Position numbers and translations under genes: made by a program. This document shows positions 25,255 to 36,423 of a stretch of 38,156 nucleotides of DNA, one piece after another; within the stretch, counting starts at the first letter, position 1; the number at the start of each line of letters is the position of its first letter. Origin of the DNA: Octopus sinensis (Eukaryota); assembly GCF_006345805.1 (NCBI RefSeq), contig NW_021835841.1, positions 1-38,156 of the forward strand, given 5' to 3'. The notes below the pieces were generated by a model. The model saw only the letters and a program-made list of their open reading frames with translations, was not told the origin of the DNA and searched no databases.

Positions 25255-26936
25255 TCTTTGAAATCGGAAATATATGTACGTTCACTGGGTTTGTAAAAGA
25301 GAGCAAATTTACAGGAAAACCAAAAGACGAATGATCACAATAAGCAGTAAGCTACCCGACCCTAGGCGTTACCACTCCCCAATGTAGGATTCCTCAACAT
25401 ACAGGTGACGGGTACAGTCGTAATATGTATTACGGATCTATAACAACTGGAAGGGCGTGACCCAACTTAAATAAACAGTAACAACTGCGTGACGCGTGGG
25501 CTAAGGGGAAATGAAAGCGCCACCTCTGGAGATTGCGAATGATCATTATGGTGATAGGCACTGAGAAGAATAAATTTGTTGTATGTTGTAATTTGGCAAA
25601 TGTCAATTGTTTTTTTAATATTGTCATTTTAGTACTATTTTTACCGGATTGTGCAATCCCAAGCGTGCTAGCTATGTTCATTTTCCCGTCTTTGAATCAC
25701 TAAAGTCATGGATTGCGTTGTCGTCTGCGAATGGATTTGCTGTGAAATGCAGGAGCTCTGTCTATTATATCTACAAGATCATCTGACTACACACAACAGT
25801 TACTCCTTGGATCTGGCTGGGATCCTCGATCCCTCATAATTTAATCGCCCATTAACTGAGCAGAGTAATGATACGTACATGCAATTACATTCCAGTAGTT
25901 GCTGAATTAGCCAGGGATGTCACTAAATCTTTTAAGCCAAATAGTTATTTAATTGTTCAACGTGAGTTTGAATATGCACAAATAGAACCAGTAAGGATAT
26001 GGGATTTTGATCGAATTGACGAAAACGCTTCATAATATGAATATATATTCGTAGAATTTAGAAACTGGTTATAGCAAATACATATTTCCTTTAGATCATT
26101 TATAAAGATATATATATATATTTATTTAGTAGAGACTCCATCGATCTCCTAGTAATATTCGTTTTACGAGGTATTGATATATCGATAAAGAGCCAATTTT
26201 TTTCATTTTAGTAGAGCAATAATTCTCAATTATGTTACATTGGTTGTGGACAAGATATCAAACCACAGATTATTGGCATACTACTCATAGAAAATCTGAA
26301 GGACCTATTTATGAAAGGCAAAAGTTTAGGAGAAAACAAAGAGGAAAGAAATTTCTACATGCTGTTATTAATCATATCAGCATACAATAACATTATAAAA
26401 GACCCGTTTTCAAGACGCCAAACATTAATAGAGATTTTTTCCCAAAGCCTTAAATTATATTCTATACATAGTCCATAATACAGAAGAAAACTAAAATTCA
26501 ACACAGAAAATCCTTACTGCTCACCTTTTGAGCAAATCTACGACGTTCCTTCAGATTTATCGCAGAGTTTAGTCATAATATCGGATACCTTAGCCATAAT
26601 TTTCCATTCAGCTTAACTAACAGGGAGACATTGTAGCAGAATGCCGCAACTTGGCACAGGAAGAATATAAGAAATGGGCGTACGACAAAGTCGTAAAGGT
26701 AATACAATGGTAACACACTTGTCAGTCAAGTGAACTTGAAAGTTTAGTTTTGATTATTTGGGCAATGTATATTATGACTGTACCCGTCACCTGTATGCTG
26801 AGGAATCCTACATTGGGAGTGGTAACGCCTAGGGTCGGATAGCTTACTGCTTATTGTGATCATTCGTCTTTGGTTTTCCTATAAATTTGCTCTCTTTTAC
26901 AAACCAGTGAACATACATATATTTCGATTTCAAAGA
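25255..26936 (+). mobile_element. Unclassified element bounded by ~177-bp inverted repeats, with decayed coding interior
   Basis: 25255-25431 is the reverse complement of 26764-26936; TTT lies immediately outside both ends; no longer TSD. Confidence 0.65.
26215..26640 (+). pseudogene. Possible decayed tyrosine-recombinase catalytic domain
   Basis: 87 stop-free codons (26215-26475) containing GCGQDIKPQIIGILLIENL (box-I-like, K for R); ILTAHLLSKSTT in another frame (HxxR-like, S for R); TLAIIFHSA*LTGRHC (H, then C for Y at +9). Motif-level match only. Confidence 0.33.
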
Positions 26937-27593
26937 TTTAACTGGTTTTTTTTTCTTTACCATGAAGTTGTTGCATAGATGTGCTTAGCAATACTACACA
27001 TGTTTAAAAATGCATGGTCGATAATAAATACTACAAGGATGTGCGCCAAATATACGGAATACTACATTAAACGCTGAAGACCCGAGAGGATAATATTACG
27101 TGAAGCGTATATTATCCTCTCGGGTCTTCAGCGTTTAATGTAGTATTCCGTATATTTGGCGCACATCCTTGTAGTATTTATTATCGACCATGCATTTTTA
27201 AACATGTAGTTATTGCTAAGCACATCATATGCAACAACTTCATGGTAAACGAGAAAAAAAAACCCAGTTAAATCTTTGAAATCGGAAATATATGTATGTT
27301 CACTGGGTTTGTAAAAGAGAGCAAATTTATAGGAAAACCAAAAGACGAATGATCACAATAAGCAGTAAGCTATCCGACCCTAGGCGTTACCACTCCCCAA
27401 TGTAGGATTCCTCAGCATACAGGTGACGGGTACAGTCATAATATACATTGCCCAAATAATCAAAACTAAACTTTCAAGTTCACTTGACTGACAAGTGTGT
27501 TACCATTGTATTACCTTTACGACTTTGTCGTACGCCCATTTCTTATATTCTTCCTGTGCCAAGTTGCGGCATTCTGCTACAATGTCTCCCTGT
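26620..27593. repeat. ~974-bp near-perfect palindrome with 5-nt loop TGAAG (27101-27105)
   Basis: 26620-27100 is the reverse complement of 27106-27593; the arms differ only by short indels. Confidence 0.97.
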
Positions 27594-27748
27594 CTCATTC
27601 CAAGTTCCAGAGTCTCTAGATATTTCTGATTCAATCACACCATCCGGTGTCGATATAATCGATTCATTCTCTCTTACAATGTTGCCGCCATTGTAGCAAA
27701 GTTTGAAATCATTATTATTATTATCATTATTATTATTATTATTATTAT

Positions 27749-28274
27749 TGAGTGAGAGAGCAGTTCATGCCATCAAAGTGACACTGGGGTAAAAGATACG
27801 AAGCCCAATATACCCATCATGACTACCCGTCTGATAAAGGCACACCAGGCACATGCATCACAACCATATGTGCGCGACATGGTGATCTCATATCAAGATA
27901 AACAGCACATGACCTTGCAGGTGGGGCCCAGTTAGAATTTTCTTCAGGTTGAGTAGCCCATCCCGCTCAAACGGTCCCTGAATAAGGGTTGTTTAAGGAT
28001 GTTGAAAGAACCACCCATGTTTCCAGAGGTGAATTATTCAAATCCCAAAGAATCCCTCTCAACACATGGCTATGATGCTCCCCCACTACTTCTGCTCGTG
28101 ATCAGAGATGCACATATCGTCAGCCACTAAGGGACATGCTCAACTGGTTAAGGTCAAACAACTGACAAGTAAATCTGTGGTATTGAGCAGATTATTTGCT
28201 GTAGCCCATCTTTTATACCAAGACAAAACAATGTATGTGGTATTGAGCAGAATATTTGCTGTAGCCCATCTTTT
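27749..28274 (-). mobile_element. 3' portion of a retroposon embedded in an (AAT)n array (R4/Dong-like targeting inferred)
   Basis: Same-orientation (AAT)n on both sides on the minus strand; second copy at 13605-13770; internal ~39-bp duplication at the truncated end. Confidence 0.65.
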
Positions 28275-28281
28275 ATTATTA

Positions 28282-28350
<69 letters not shown>

Positions 28351-28387
28351 ACTAGCAATAACCACGCCTCGTATAACCCTCATTGGC

Positions 28388-28424
<37 letters not shown>

Positions 28425-28462
28425 TAATAATTATTATATATTATTATTATTATTATTATTAA

Positions 28463-28515
<53 letters not shown>

Positions 28516-28532
28516 TATTATATTATTATTAA

Positions 28533-28608
<76 letters not shown>

Positions 28609-28618
28609 ATTATTATTG
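28275..28618. repeat. (TAT)n / ~42-bp island / (AAT)n / (TAT)n compound array
   Basis: Direct reading. Confidence 0.92.
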
Positions 28619-28850
28619 ATTGCTATATTTATCATGATTGCTATCTTCTTTCTCCGAAAGTAACATTTGGCCGTTAAAGATTCCATATATTTTCTGATGT
28701 TATCCTCCACCACACCACTTATCTCCTCCCGTGCCGCCCCTCTTTCTTCTCTGGAAATTCCGTCAAGAAAATCTGTCGAAAATCTGCTTGCTGCAACTTA
28801 AATACCTTTCACGGAATCTCCAATCCTGGCCATCCATACTAAGATCAGTC

Positions 28851-29230
28851 ATACACACACACACACACACAACACACACACACACACACACAGAGGCACA
28901 GCTGTACAGATATAAACAGAAGTATATATAAAGTATATGAATGTAAACCCACATACACATAGAGAATGACACACACACAATCACGAGCAAACGCACGCAA
29001 ACACACACGTACGCACTCACACACACACACACGTACGCACTCACAGACACACACACTGTCACGCACACACACTCGCAAGCACAAACTCGCATGCGTACAG
29101 ACTCGCATGTACATACACTCGCACGCACATACACACTCGCACGCACATACACACACTCGCACGCACATACACACACACAAATATGCACACACAACCATGC
29201 ACACACAAACGCGCACATTCCCACGCACAC
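28851..29230. repeat. CA-rich low-complexity region with an 18-bp minisatellite (ACACACTCGCACGCACAT, about 3 copies)
   Basis: Direct reading at ~29113-29168. Confidence 0.85.
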
Positions 29231-30016
29231 ATAAAACGGTAACTAAAGATATAAACCAACACTTAAGACTTCAAGATAGATATGCAAGAATATACATAAG
29301 TATACTACTGATAGTCAGTCACACATACACTCTATGACACTTACATGGACATTTAAATACACACATGACATACATATCTACAAGAATGCAGACACATACC
29401 TGAACACAAACACCCGTGCACACAACGAAACACGCATACACACCTACATTTGAATTCATTGATACACACACACACACATACACACAGACATCTAACCGAC
29501 AAAATCGTATATACGTAGTACAGAACACACACAGAATAAGAAAGTTCTTACTCCTATACAGACGTAACATACACGCACACACACACACACAGATGTTCAC
29601 ATGCACTTACACACACTGAAAAACTCACGTATCTTGTCTTCCATTCTTCTAAATAATGCTACATTATTCTCACCTGCGCATACACCACTTAAACACACAC
29701 AGACATACACACACACACACACACGCGCGCGTGTAACATATCAAAGCATACAGAAACATCCCATCAGCAACAGATTTTCGGTTTTAAACACACAGGAAAA
29801 TAATAACACCATTAGAGAAAGAACAACAACGACAGCAACAAATAAAAACAAACAGCAACAACAAAAGCAACAATGCAAAATACAAAAATTGAAGGAAATG
29901 AAACAAAAAAAAATAAATAAACGCAAAATACAAAGAATATATAAAAAAAAGAAAAATTTAAAACTCTACTGAATAATAAAACAGCATTAAAGAGAAACAA
30001 ATACAAGGGTGTGCTA

Positions 30017-30335
30017 CATATACATACATATATATACATACGTGTACATATGTATACATATATATACATATTTGTATATATATATACACATGTACATATA
30101 CATACATGTATGTGCTTATGTGCCTCTGTGAGCTTACACGAGCACACATACACACAAACATAGGGACACACGTTTGTATATATATATCTATATCTATATA
30201 TATATTATATATAGATATATAGATATATACACATCTATATATATATGTGTATATGTGTATGTGTATATCTTTGTGTGTATATATGTGTGTGCGTATGTAT
30301 ACGCACGGAGATACATGTGTGTATGTATATGTGCA
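30017..30335. repeat. TA/CA/TG compound microsatellite
   Basis: Direct reading. Confidence 0.9.
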
Positions 30336-30749
30336 TACAAGTAAACCGTAACAAGAGGAGAGTGGGAAAAAACAAAATGAAGGCAAAACGCGAGTTTAAT
30401 GCTTTCGACTTTGCTTAATACGGTAAACTAATAAGGCCATTATTACTGCGGTGAATTGGACAATTAAAATGATAGAGTCGGAATACTAAACAATACACGT
30501 TTCTGTTTGGTAATGCCGTAATCTTCGAGTAACCGAGAACTGTGAACAATACAAGAGACTTAGAGAAGGACATCAGTGCAGCAATATTGATTATTAAAAC
30601 TAGCGCCGAAAGAAAAGAAAAAAACAGACAACGTCTGTTAGTGTTGGAATAGGAGTTTTATTTTTTATATGTGTGTGTGTGTGTGTGTGTGTGTTTATTG
30701 TGTGGATATATTTATTTATGATTTTGTCTGCTCCTCATCTCCTTGCGTT

Positions 30750-30756
30750 TATATAT

Positions 30757-30791
<35 letters not shown>

Positions 30792-30799
30792 ACACATAC

Positions 30800-30830
<31 letters not shown>

Positions 30831-30965
30831 TATATTATATAATAATATATATATATATATATATAATATATATATATACATATATATACATATATATATA
30901 TATGTATTATATATATATGTATGTATATATATATGTGTGTGTGTGGTGGGTGTGTGCGTGTGTGT
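30750..30965. repeat. TA-rich microsatellite
   Basis: Direct reading. Confidence 0.9.
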
Positions 30966-32460
30966 AGAAATATATATCTGTATATATTTGATGCATGTAC
31001 ACAGTAATATATTGCTATAACCACTGACAACAATATGCGTATACTCACCCTCATATTTGTATTCATACATTCATTTTGTATATTATAGTATATATTTCTA
31101 TCAATCTCTATCTATATGCCTATCTATCTATCTGTCTGTCTGGCTGGCTATCGAGTCTTTGTATCTATATATAGAAAGAGGCGGAAAGAGGGGGAGATAG
31201 AGATAGAAAGAATGATAAGGAGACCCGTTTTTATGTTGTTGTTGTTTCTGTGTGTATAATTTGTCTAGTCCTCATGTATATATGTGTCTATGTATGAAAA
31301 TGTGTTTGGCTAAGAACAATATATAGCAAATACATCATATATAATCCGGAAAGCAAACCTGAGGGTTCTTTTTTTTTATTTGTTTTCCTTTTTAGATGAG
31401 AATACATTTGACAAATATAGGATATTAGCAATCGTTATTTTCTCTATGCACAGAACAATGAGTGTCATTTATCAACACACAATCTACTTATGCTTAAACT
31501 GTTTATTTAGTGCTGAAAAAACTATCATCTAACTGTTTTCCCTTTGTTCCACACACTCACACTTATTCACACACATACATCCACAAGGACACACACACAC
31601 ACAAGCACACACACACACACACAAGCACACATGCTAACAATTCCCCTGGACGTTCAGCAATACACAACGTCGGATCATACCTAGTTTATTGCGGTAATCT
31701 TCTGGCGAAGAGCTGCCTGCAGGTCAACCGGTGTTTGTGGTTTATTGATGTGGAGTCTTTTACTTTGATGTTGCGACAAAGAAAGGAAATAATCGCCATT
31801 CCTAAATACAATTGATCGAACGCATCTTAGCATATGACTATACCGGCTGGGGAAAAATATATAGTTTGTAAATATCTGTTTTGTAACGTCTGGGAAAGTC
31901 TTGCCGATAGACTGTCGCTCAGTCACTGTAAATTGTTATCGGACCAACAAGTTCCATTATTGTTCGAATAGCAGTATTCAGAAGAGGTGCACTTGATGCC
32001 TCTTCAAAAGAACCACGTCATCTATACCATAGCGTGCTTCTAAGCATTTTTTTTTTCTTTTTGCAAAAGTTTTCTAGCTTTCACATAATATTGACTTATG
32101 TGATGCAGACATATAATTTTATGCTAATGAAAATCGAATTCAAGTTAGAGCATCGTCTCACACGAGTCTCTCAAACGAGTACCGGGCGATTATATCTTGA
32201 TGGAAAACAGCCAGTATATGTGTCTCTTGGCAGTTCTAATTCTCACAGAATATTGCTGTGATAGATGTTAATATGAAGCAAGTCAAATTCCAGTCAACTA
32301 TTTGTATAAAATCACAACTTAAGAACTTATGTTTGTATGAGTACATCTGTGAAAAGGGAAACAAAGATCTGAGTGGGTCTCACAAAGCAAGTCACGACAT
32401 AAAAACGAACGAAAAAAAGAAACAAATGCCTCGATGAAGAAGCTATTATGTGAAATATCT

Positions 32461-32504
32461 ACACACACACACACGTACACACACGCACATACACACCACA
32501 CACA

Positions 32505-32580
<76 letters not shown>
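32461..32580. repeat. (CA)n(TA)n microsatellite
   Basis: Direct reading. Confidence 0.95.
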
Positions 32581-32680
32581 GGTACAAAAAATATTATCAG
32601 AATTTTTTCTCACACGTCTTTCCATATATATCACTTATGAGCTTTATTTACATGTATGTTTATGTATATTTATATACATA

Positions 32681-33106
32681 CGAGAGTGAATCAAAAAGTT
32701 CCACCTTCGAATGAGAGCATGTATCCCTGCCCCGTAAAATACTGTTGACTGTACTTTGAGCCACTTCTTAACTACAGTTTTTACTTCCTCGTTACTGGAA
32801 TAAAGTTTGCCTCTCAAACCCTCTTTCGTGGCGCTGAAGAGATGATAGTCTGAAGGTGCTTAATCTGGTGAGTGTTGAGGTAGTGAAGAAGTGGCTCAAA
32901 GAACAGTCAAAAGAATTTTACGGAGCAGGGAAACATGCTCTCATTCGAAGGGAAAACATTGCTATTGAGACAGATGGTGACTATGTTTAGAAGTAGGGAT
33001 GTGATCCACAGTGGACGAGCTTCATTTTGAGGAATGATACATGTTCCTGTGTTGGAAATTATACCTCTCCTATACAAAATGGCATTACTTTTTTGACTCA
33101 CCCTCG
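32681..33106 (+). mobile_element. Non-autonomous mariner (Tc1/mariner) derivative with internal inversion
   Basis: TA|CGAGAGTGAATCAAAAAGT ... ACTTTTTTGACTCACCCTCG|TA. Plus strand 32880-32996: VKKWLKEQSKEFYGAGKHALIRR...DGDYV*K*. Minus strand 32873-32701: SPD*APSDYHLF...VKKWL...GIHALIRRW. Confidence 0.9.
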
Positions 33107-33110
33107 TATG

Positions 33111-33154
<44 letters not shown>

Positions 33155-33479
33155 AATGGCAGCACAACAAAAGAATGAAAGAGACCGCGATATTATGTAA
33201 ATAGAGGAATTGTTTTTCGATGGCACGGTAATTGAAGAGATGCCGGCGTGGGTTTCTGCCCCGAAATCCAAAACTCGGAGTTTTATCATGCTACTGAATA
33301 ATTGTCACATATATTTACAGATATGTATATATATTTAAAAATATCCATATATGTATATATTAAATGTGTATATATTAATATATATATATATATATATACA
33401 TTTTAAGTCGAATTTATAAGCGTATGAGTATGCTTAAAATGTTGATTGCGTATTTGAGGTTATATCTTAATTCTTATGA

Positions 33480-33539
33480 CATATATATATATATATATAT
33501 ATATTATGTGTGTGTGTGTGTGTGTTGTGTGTGTGTAGG

Positions 33540-33593
<54 letters not shown>
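33480..33593. repeat. (TA)n(TG)n(GATA)n compound microsatellite
   Basis: Direct reading. Confidence 0.95.
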
Positions 33594-33594
<1 letters not shown>

Positions 33595-33715
33595 ATACAA
33601 GCTATATAAACGCATCGTCAGTAACATAGATGTGAATATAATGAAAATTAGGATCTATAATATTTTTCTTTGTTTCAACCTTTACTGTATAGCTGCAAAC
33701 ATTAGTATATATATA

Positions 33716-34278
33716 CTCCCGACATCCAAAAGTTAGGACGCTTAACCGAACATAAGCTTCGTTCAAGCTTGAGCATCAAATGGGACACTGTGCTACCAAC
33801 GACAGTGTCCTGGACTGAGTCAGCCGTCAATGCATTGAATCACTGATCATAATACTCTGTCTCCGATAACCAGAACCTGTATCAAGAATGAGTCAAGGTT
33901 CCTATGCCAAACGTTTTCAACAAGCTCACTTCAAGCAAAATAGAGGAAACCTCTGAGAGCAATGGAAAAACCAACTGACAGCCACCGAAATGGTTAGAAA
34001 CACAATCGTGGAACCATACTAAGTGGCGACGTTCCTCAATCATCGGAAGCAAAATCTTCGTAGCCACCAGAAGAAGAAAGAAATTAAAAAAAAACAAAGA
34101 GAGGAAAGTGTGTACAAAATCAACCCCTAGCCCTTCACCAACGTTACCATGCAGTCAATGCAATCGACACTTTCATGCGAGAATTGGCCTACGGAGTCAT
34201 TAACGCCATCAGCACAAAGGAAGCGTTGAACAAAGGAGAAACAAAATTCTTGGATACAAAATAAGCTGTCAGCGACCA
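33716..34278 (+). mobile_element. 3' fragment of an RTE-clade LINE
   Basis: KLRSSLSIKWD...LETQSWNHTKWRRSSIIGSKIF...PCSQCNRHFHARIGLRSH*RHQHK, matching the C-terminal CxxC...RIGLxSH motif of RTE/BovB-like ORFs. Confidence 0.85.
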
Positions 34279-34303
34279 TATATATATATATATTATATAT
34301 ATA

Positions 34304-34362
<59 letters not shown>

Positions 34363-34495
34363 CTATATATTGTTATATTGTTATATTTCGGATGGTCATA
34401 TTGCCTGTTTAGCCAATAAGAACACACGCACTATATATTTGGTGTTATTTTGCTTCAGTGTTATTTATTTTTTACATTAAACTTAATCTTATTTC

Positions 34496-34540
34496 GGCCA
34501 GAGTTCTTTCGTCACACTCCTCTGACCGCATCAGTGGTCC
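34496..34540 (-). ncRNA. Variant minimal type I hammerhead-ribozyme-like motif within a ~220-bp island (34370-34590)
   Basis: GGACCA-CTGATGCG-GTCAGA-GGAG-TGTGAC-GAAA-GAAC-TC-TGGCC; core differs from CUGAnGA at position 9. Confidence 0.45.
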
Positions 34541-34618
34541 TTTGTTTTCTTCTTTCTTATTTGTTCTCTCCTTACTAACCGTCACCTTTTGTATATTATA
34601 TATATATATTATATATAC

Positions 34619-34652
<34 letters not shown>

Positions 34653-34658
34653 ACATAC

Positions 34659-34694
<36 letters not shown>

Positions 34695-34979
34695 AGGAGT
34701 GTGTGTACATACATATATACACATGCATGTATAAAGAAAAAGCAATTAGCTTGACAAAATGAGATGAGTAAGCAATGGTAAAATTTATATAATATATAAA
34801 GCAACAGCTGTCAATTTGCTGATGAAACGGGAAGCAATAACAATTAATATAATTATGCGAGCGAAGATTTAATGCTTAGTATTATCCACTGTATGAAAAA
34901 GGAAATTGATTGTATGAAAGATGAATAAGTGAGAATGAGAGCAGAACACGTAAGCTCATGGGTTAAAGAACCTATCTTA

Positions 34980-35015
34980 TGCAGACGTTTGTTTCGTCAA
35001 AGGACGATCGGTGAA
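34980..35015 (-). ncRNA. Degenerate hammerhead-like motif, probably inactive
   Basis: TTCA-CCGATC-GTC-CTTT-GAC-GAAAC-AAAC-GTC-TGCA: stem II, GAAAC and GUC triplet intact, CUGAUGA box damaged. Confidence 0.3.
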
Positions 35016-35408
35016 TTAAGTGGAAAGAAGTAGCGTAGTACACAGGGTGACAGCGGCCGTGTCAGAGGAAACAGAGAAAAGGAGTGCATAGAAGAAAATA
35101 GTCAAGGGTCAAGAGAAACAGACAGAAAGAGGGGGAAGTCGAAGACAGAAATCGAAGGACATATTGTGCAACGGACAACGAATAGCAGAGATATATTGGT
35201 TAGAACCTGAATTGGAGAGCTATTATTTGTACATTTCTCACAAAGCGTGTGTGTCGCATGCTTAAAAGTAATTTATTTAGTTGTAAACTACCAGCCTAAT
35301 ATCAAGCCTCCGTATATTTATCTCTCTCTCTCTCTCCTCCCTCTCTCTCTCTCTCTCTCCTATATATTATATATATATATATATATATATTATATTATAT
35401 ACATATGT

Positions 35409-35783
35409 GGATGCGCAATGGCCCAGTGGTTAGGGCAGCGGTCGTAGGATCGCGGTTTCGATTCCCAGACCGGGCGTTGTGAGTGTTTATTGAGCGAAAA
35501 CACCTAAAGCTCCACGAGGCTCCGGCAGGGATGGTGGTGATCCCTGCTGTACTCTTTCACCACAAACTTTCTCTTACTCTCACTTCCTGTTTCTGTTGTA
35601 CTTGTATTTCAAAGGACCGGCCTTGTCACTCTGTGTGTCACGCTGAATATCCCCGAGAACTACGTTAAGTGTACACGTGTCTGTGGAGTGCTCAGCCACT
35701 TACACGTTAATTTCACGAGCAGGCTGTTCCGTTGATCGGATCAACCGGAACCCTCGTCGTCGTAACCGACGGAGTGCTTCCAG
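35409..35783 (+). mobile_element. tRNA-derived SINE, family D
   Basis: A-box TGGCCCAGTGG, B-box-like GGTTTCGATTCCC; GC-richer body between microsatellites; single copy here. Confidence 0.8.
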
Positions 35784-36058
35784 CATACACATATATTTTT
35801 TAATAGTATATTATTATTATTAATATAAGGAAATTAATATCCAAACTCATCATAAAGATATAACTGTGTGAAATACCTTATTGTATTAAAAATATATATA
35901 AAAATAAATATAAAAATATAAATATAATGTATAATATAAATTTGATAGTTTAAAAGTTTTGAATTAATTATTTAAGCATCTTACGATCGTTTTGCTTTAC
36001 ACGGCTTTACAATTATAATGTTCATGTACAGTTCATTTCAGTTCACGGAATATATATA

Positions 36059-36095
36059 TGTGGATTTGGTAGACGGAAACTGAAAGAATCCTGTC

Positions 36096-36148
<53 letters not shown>

Positions 36149-36389
36149 GTGTGTGTGTGGTGTGTGTATGTTTGTGTATCTGTGTTTGTCCCCCTAGCAT
36201 TGCTTGACAACCGATGCTGGTGGTTTTACGTCCTCGTAACTTAGCAGATCGGCAAAAGAAACCGATAGAATAAGTAGTGGGCTTACAAAGAATAAGTTCC
36301 TGGGTCGATTTGTCAACTAAAGGCGGTGCTCCAGCATGGCCGCAGTCAAATGACTGAAACAAGTAAAAGAGTAAAGAGTAAAAAGAGAA
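36059..36389 (+). mobile_element. SINE family A, 5'-truncated
   Basis: Starts at GTGGATTTGGTAGACGGAAACTG, ends AAGTAAAAGAGTAAAGAGT. Confidence 0.9.
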
Positions 36390-36392
36390 TAT

Positions 36393-36423
<31 letters not shown>

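Noticed and set aside
25240-26950. Mutator, hAT or P-element assignment for the ITR element
   Set aside because: No 8-9 bp TSD at the ITR ends and no DDE motif recognised
27074-27092. CTGAAGA-CC-CGAGA-GG near the palindrome centre as a hammerhead
   Set aside because: No GAAA follows the small stem
28176-28274. Two 39-bp direct repeats with a spacer, CRISPR-like
   Set aside because: Only two units, inside a eukaryotic retroposon, no cas genes
28800-28850. Possible minus-strand micro-exon (AG|...MDGQDWRFRER|GT)
   Set aside because: No polypyrimidine tract, no partner exons, no recognisable protein
35975-36012. Hammerhead 3' half on the minus strand (AAAAC-GATC-GTA)
   Set aside because: CUGAnGA box absent and G12 missing; too degenerate to call
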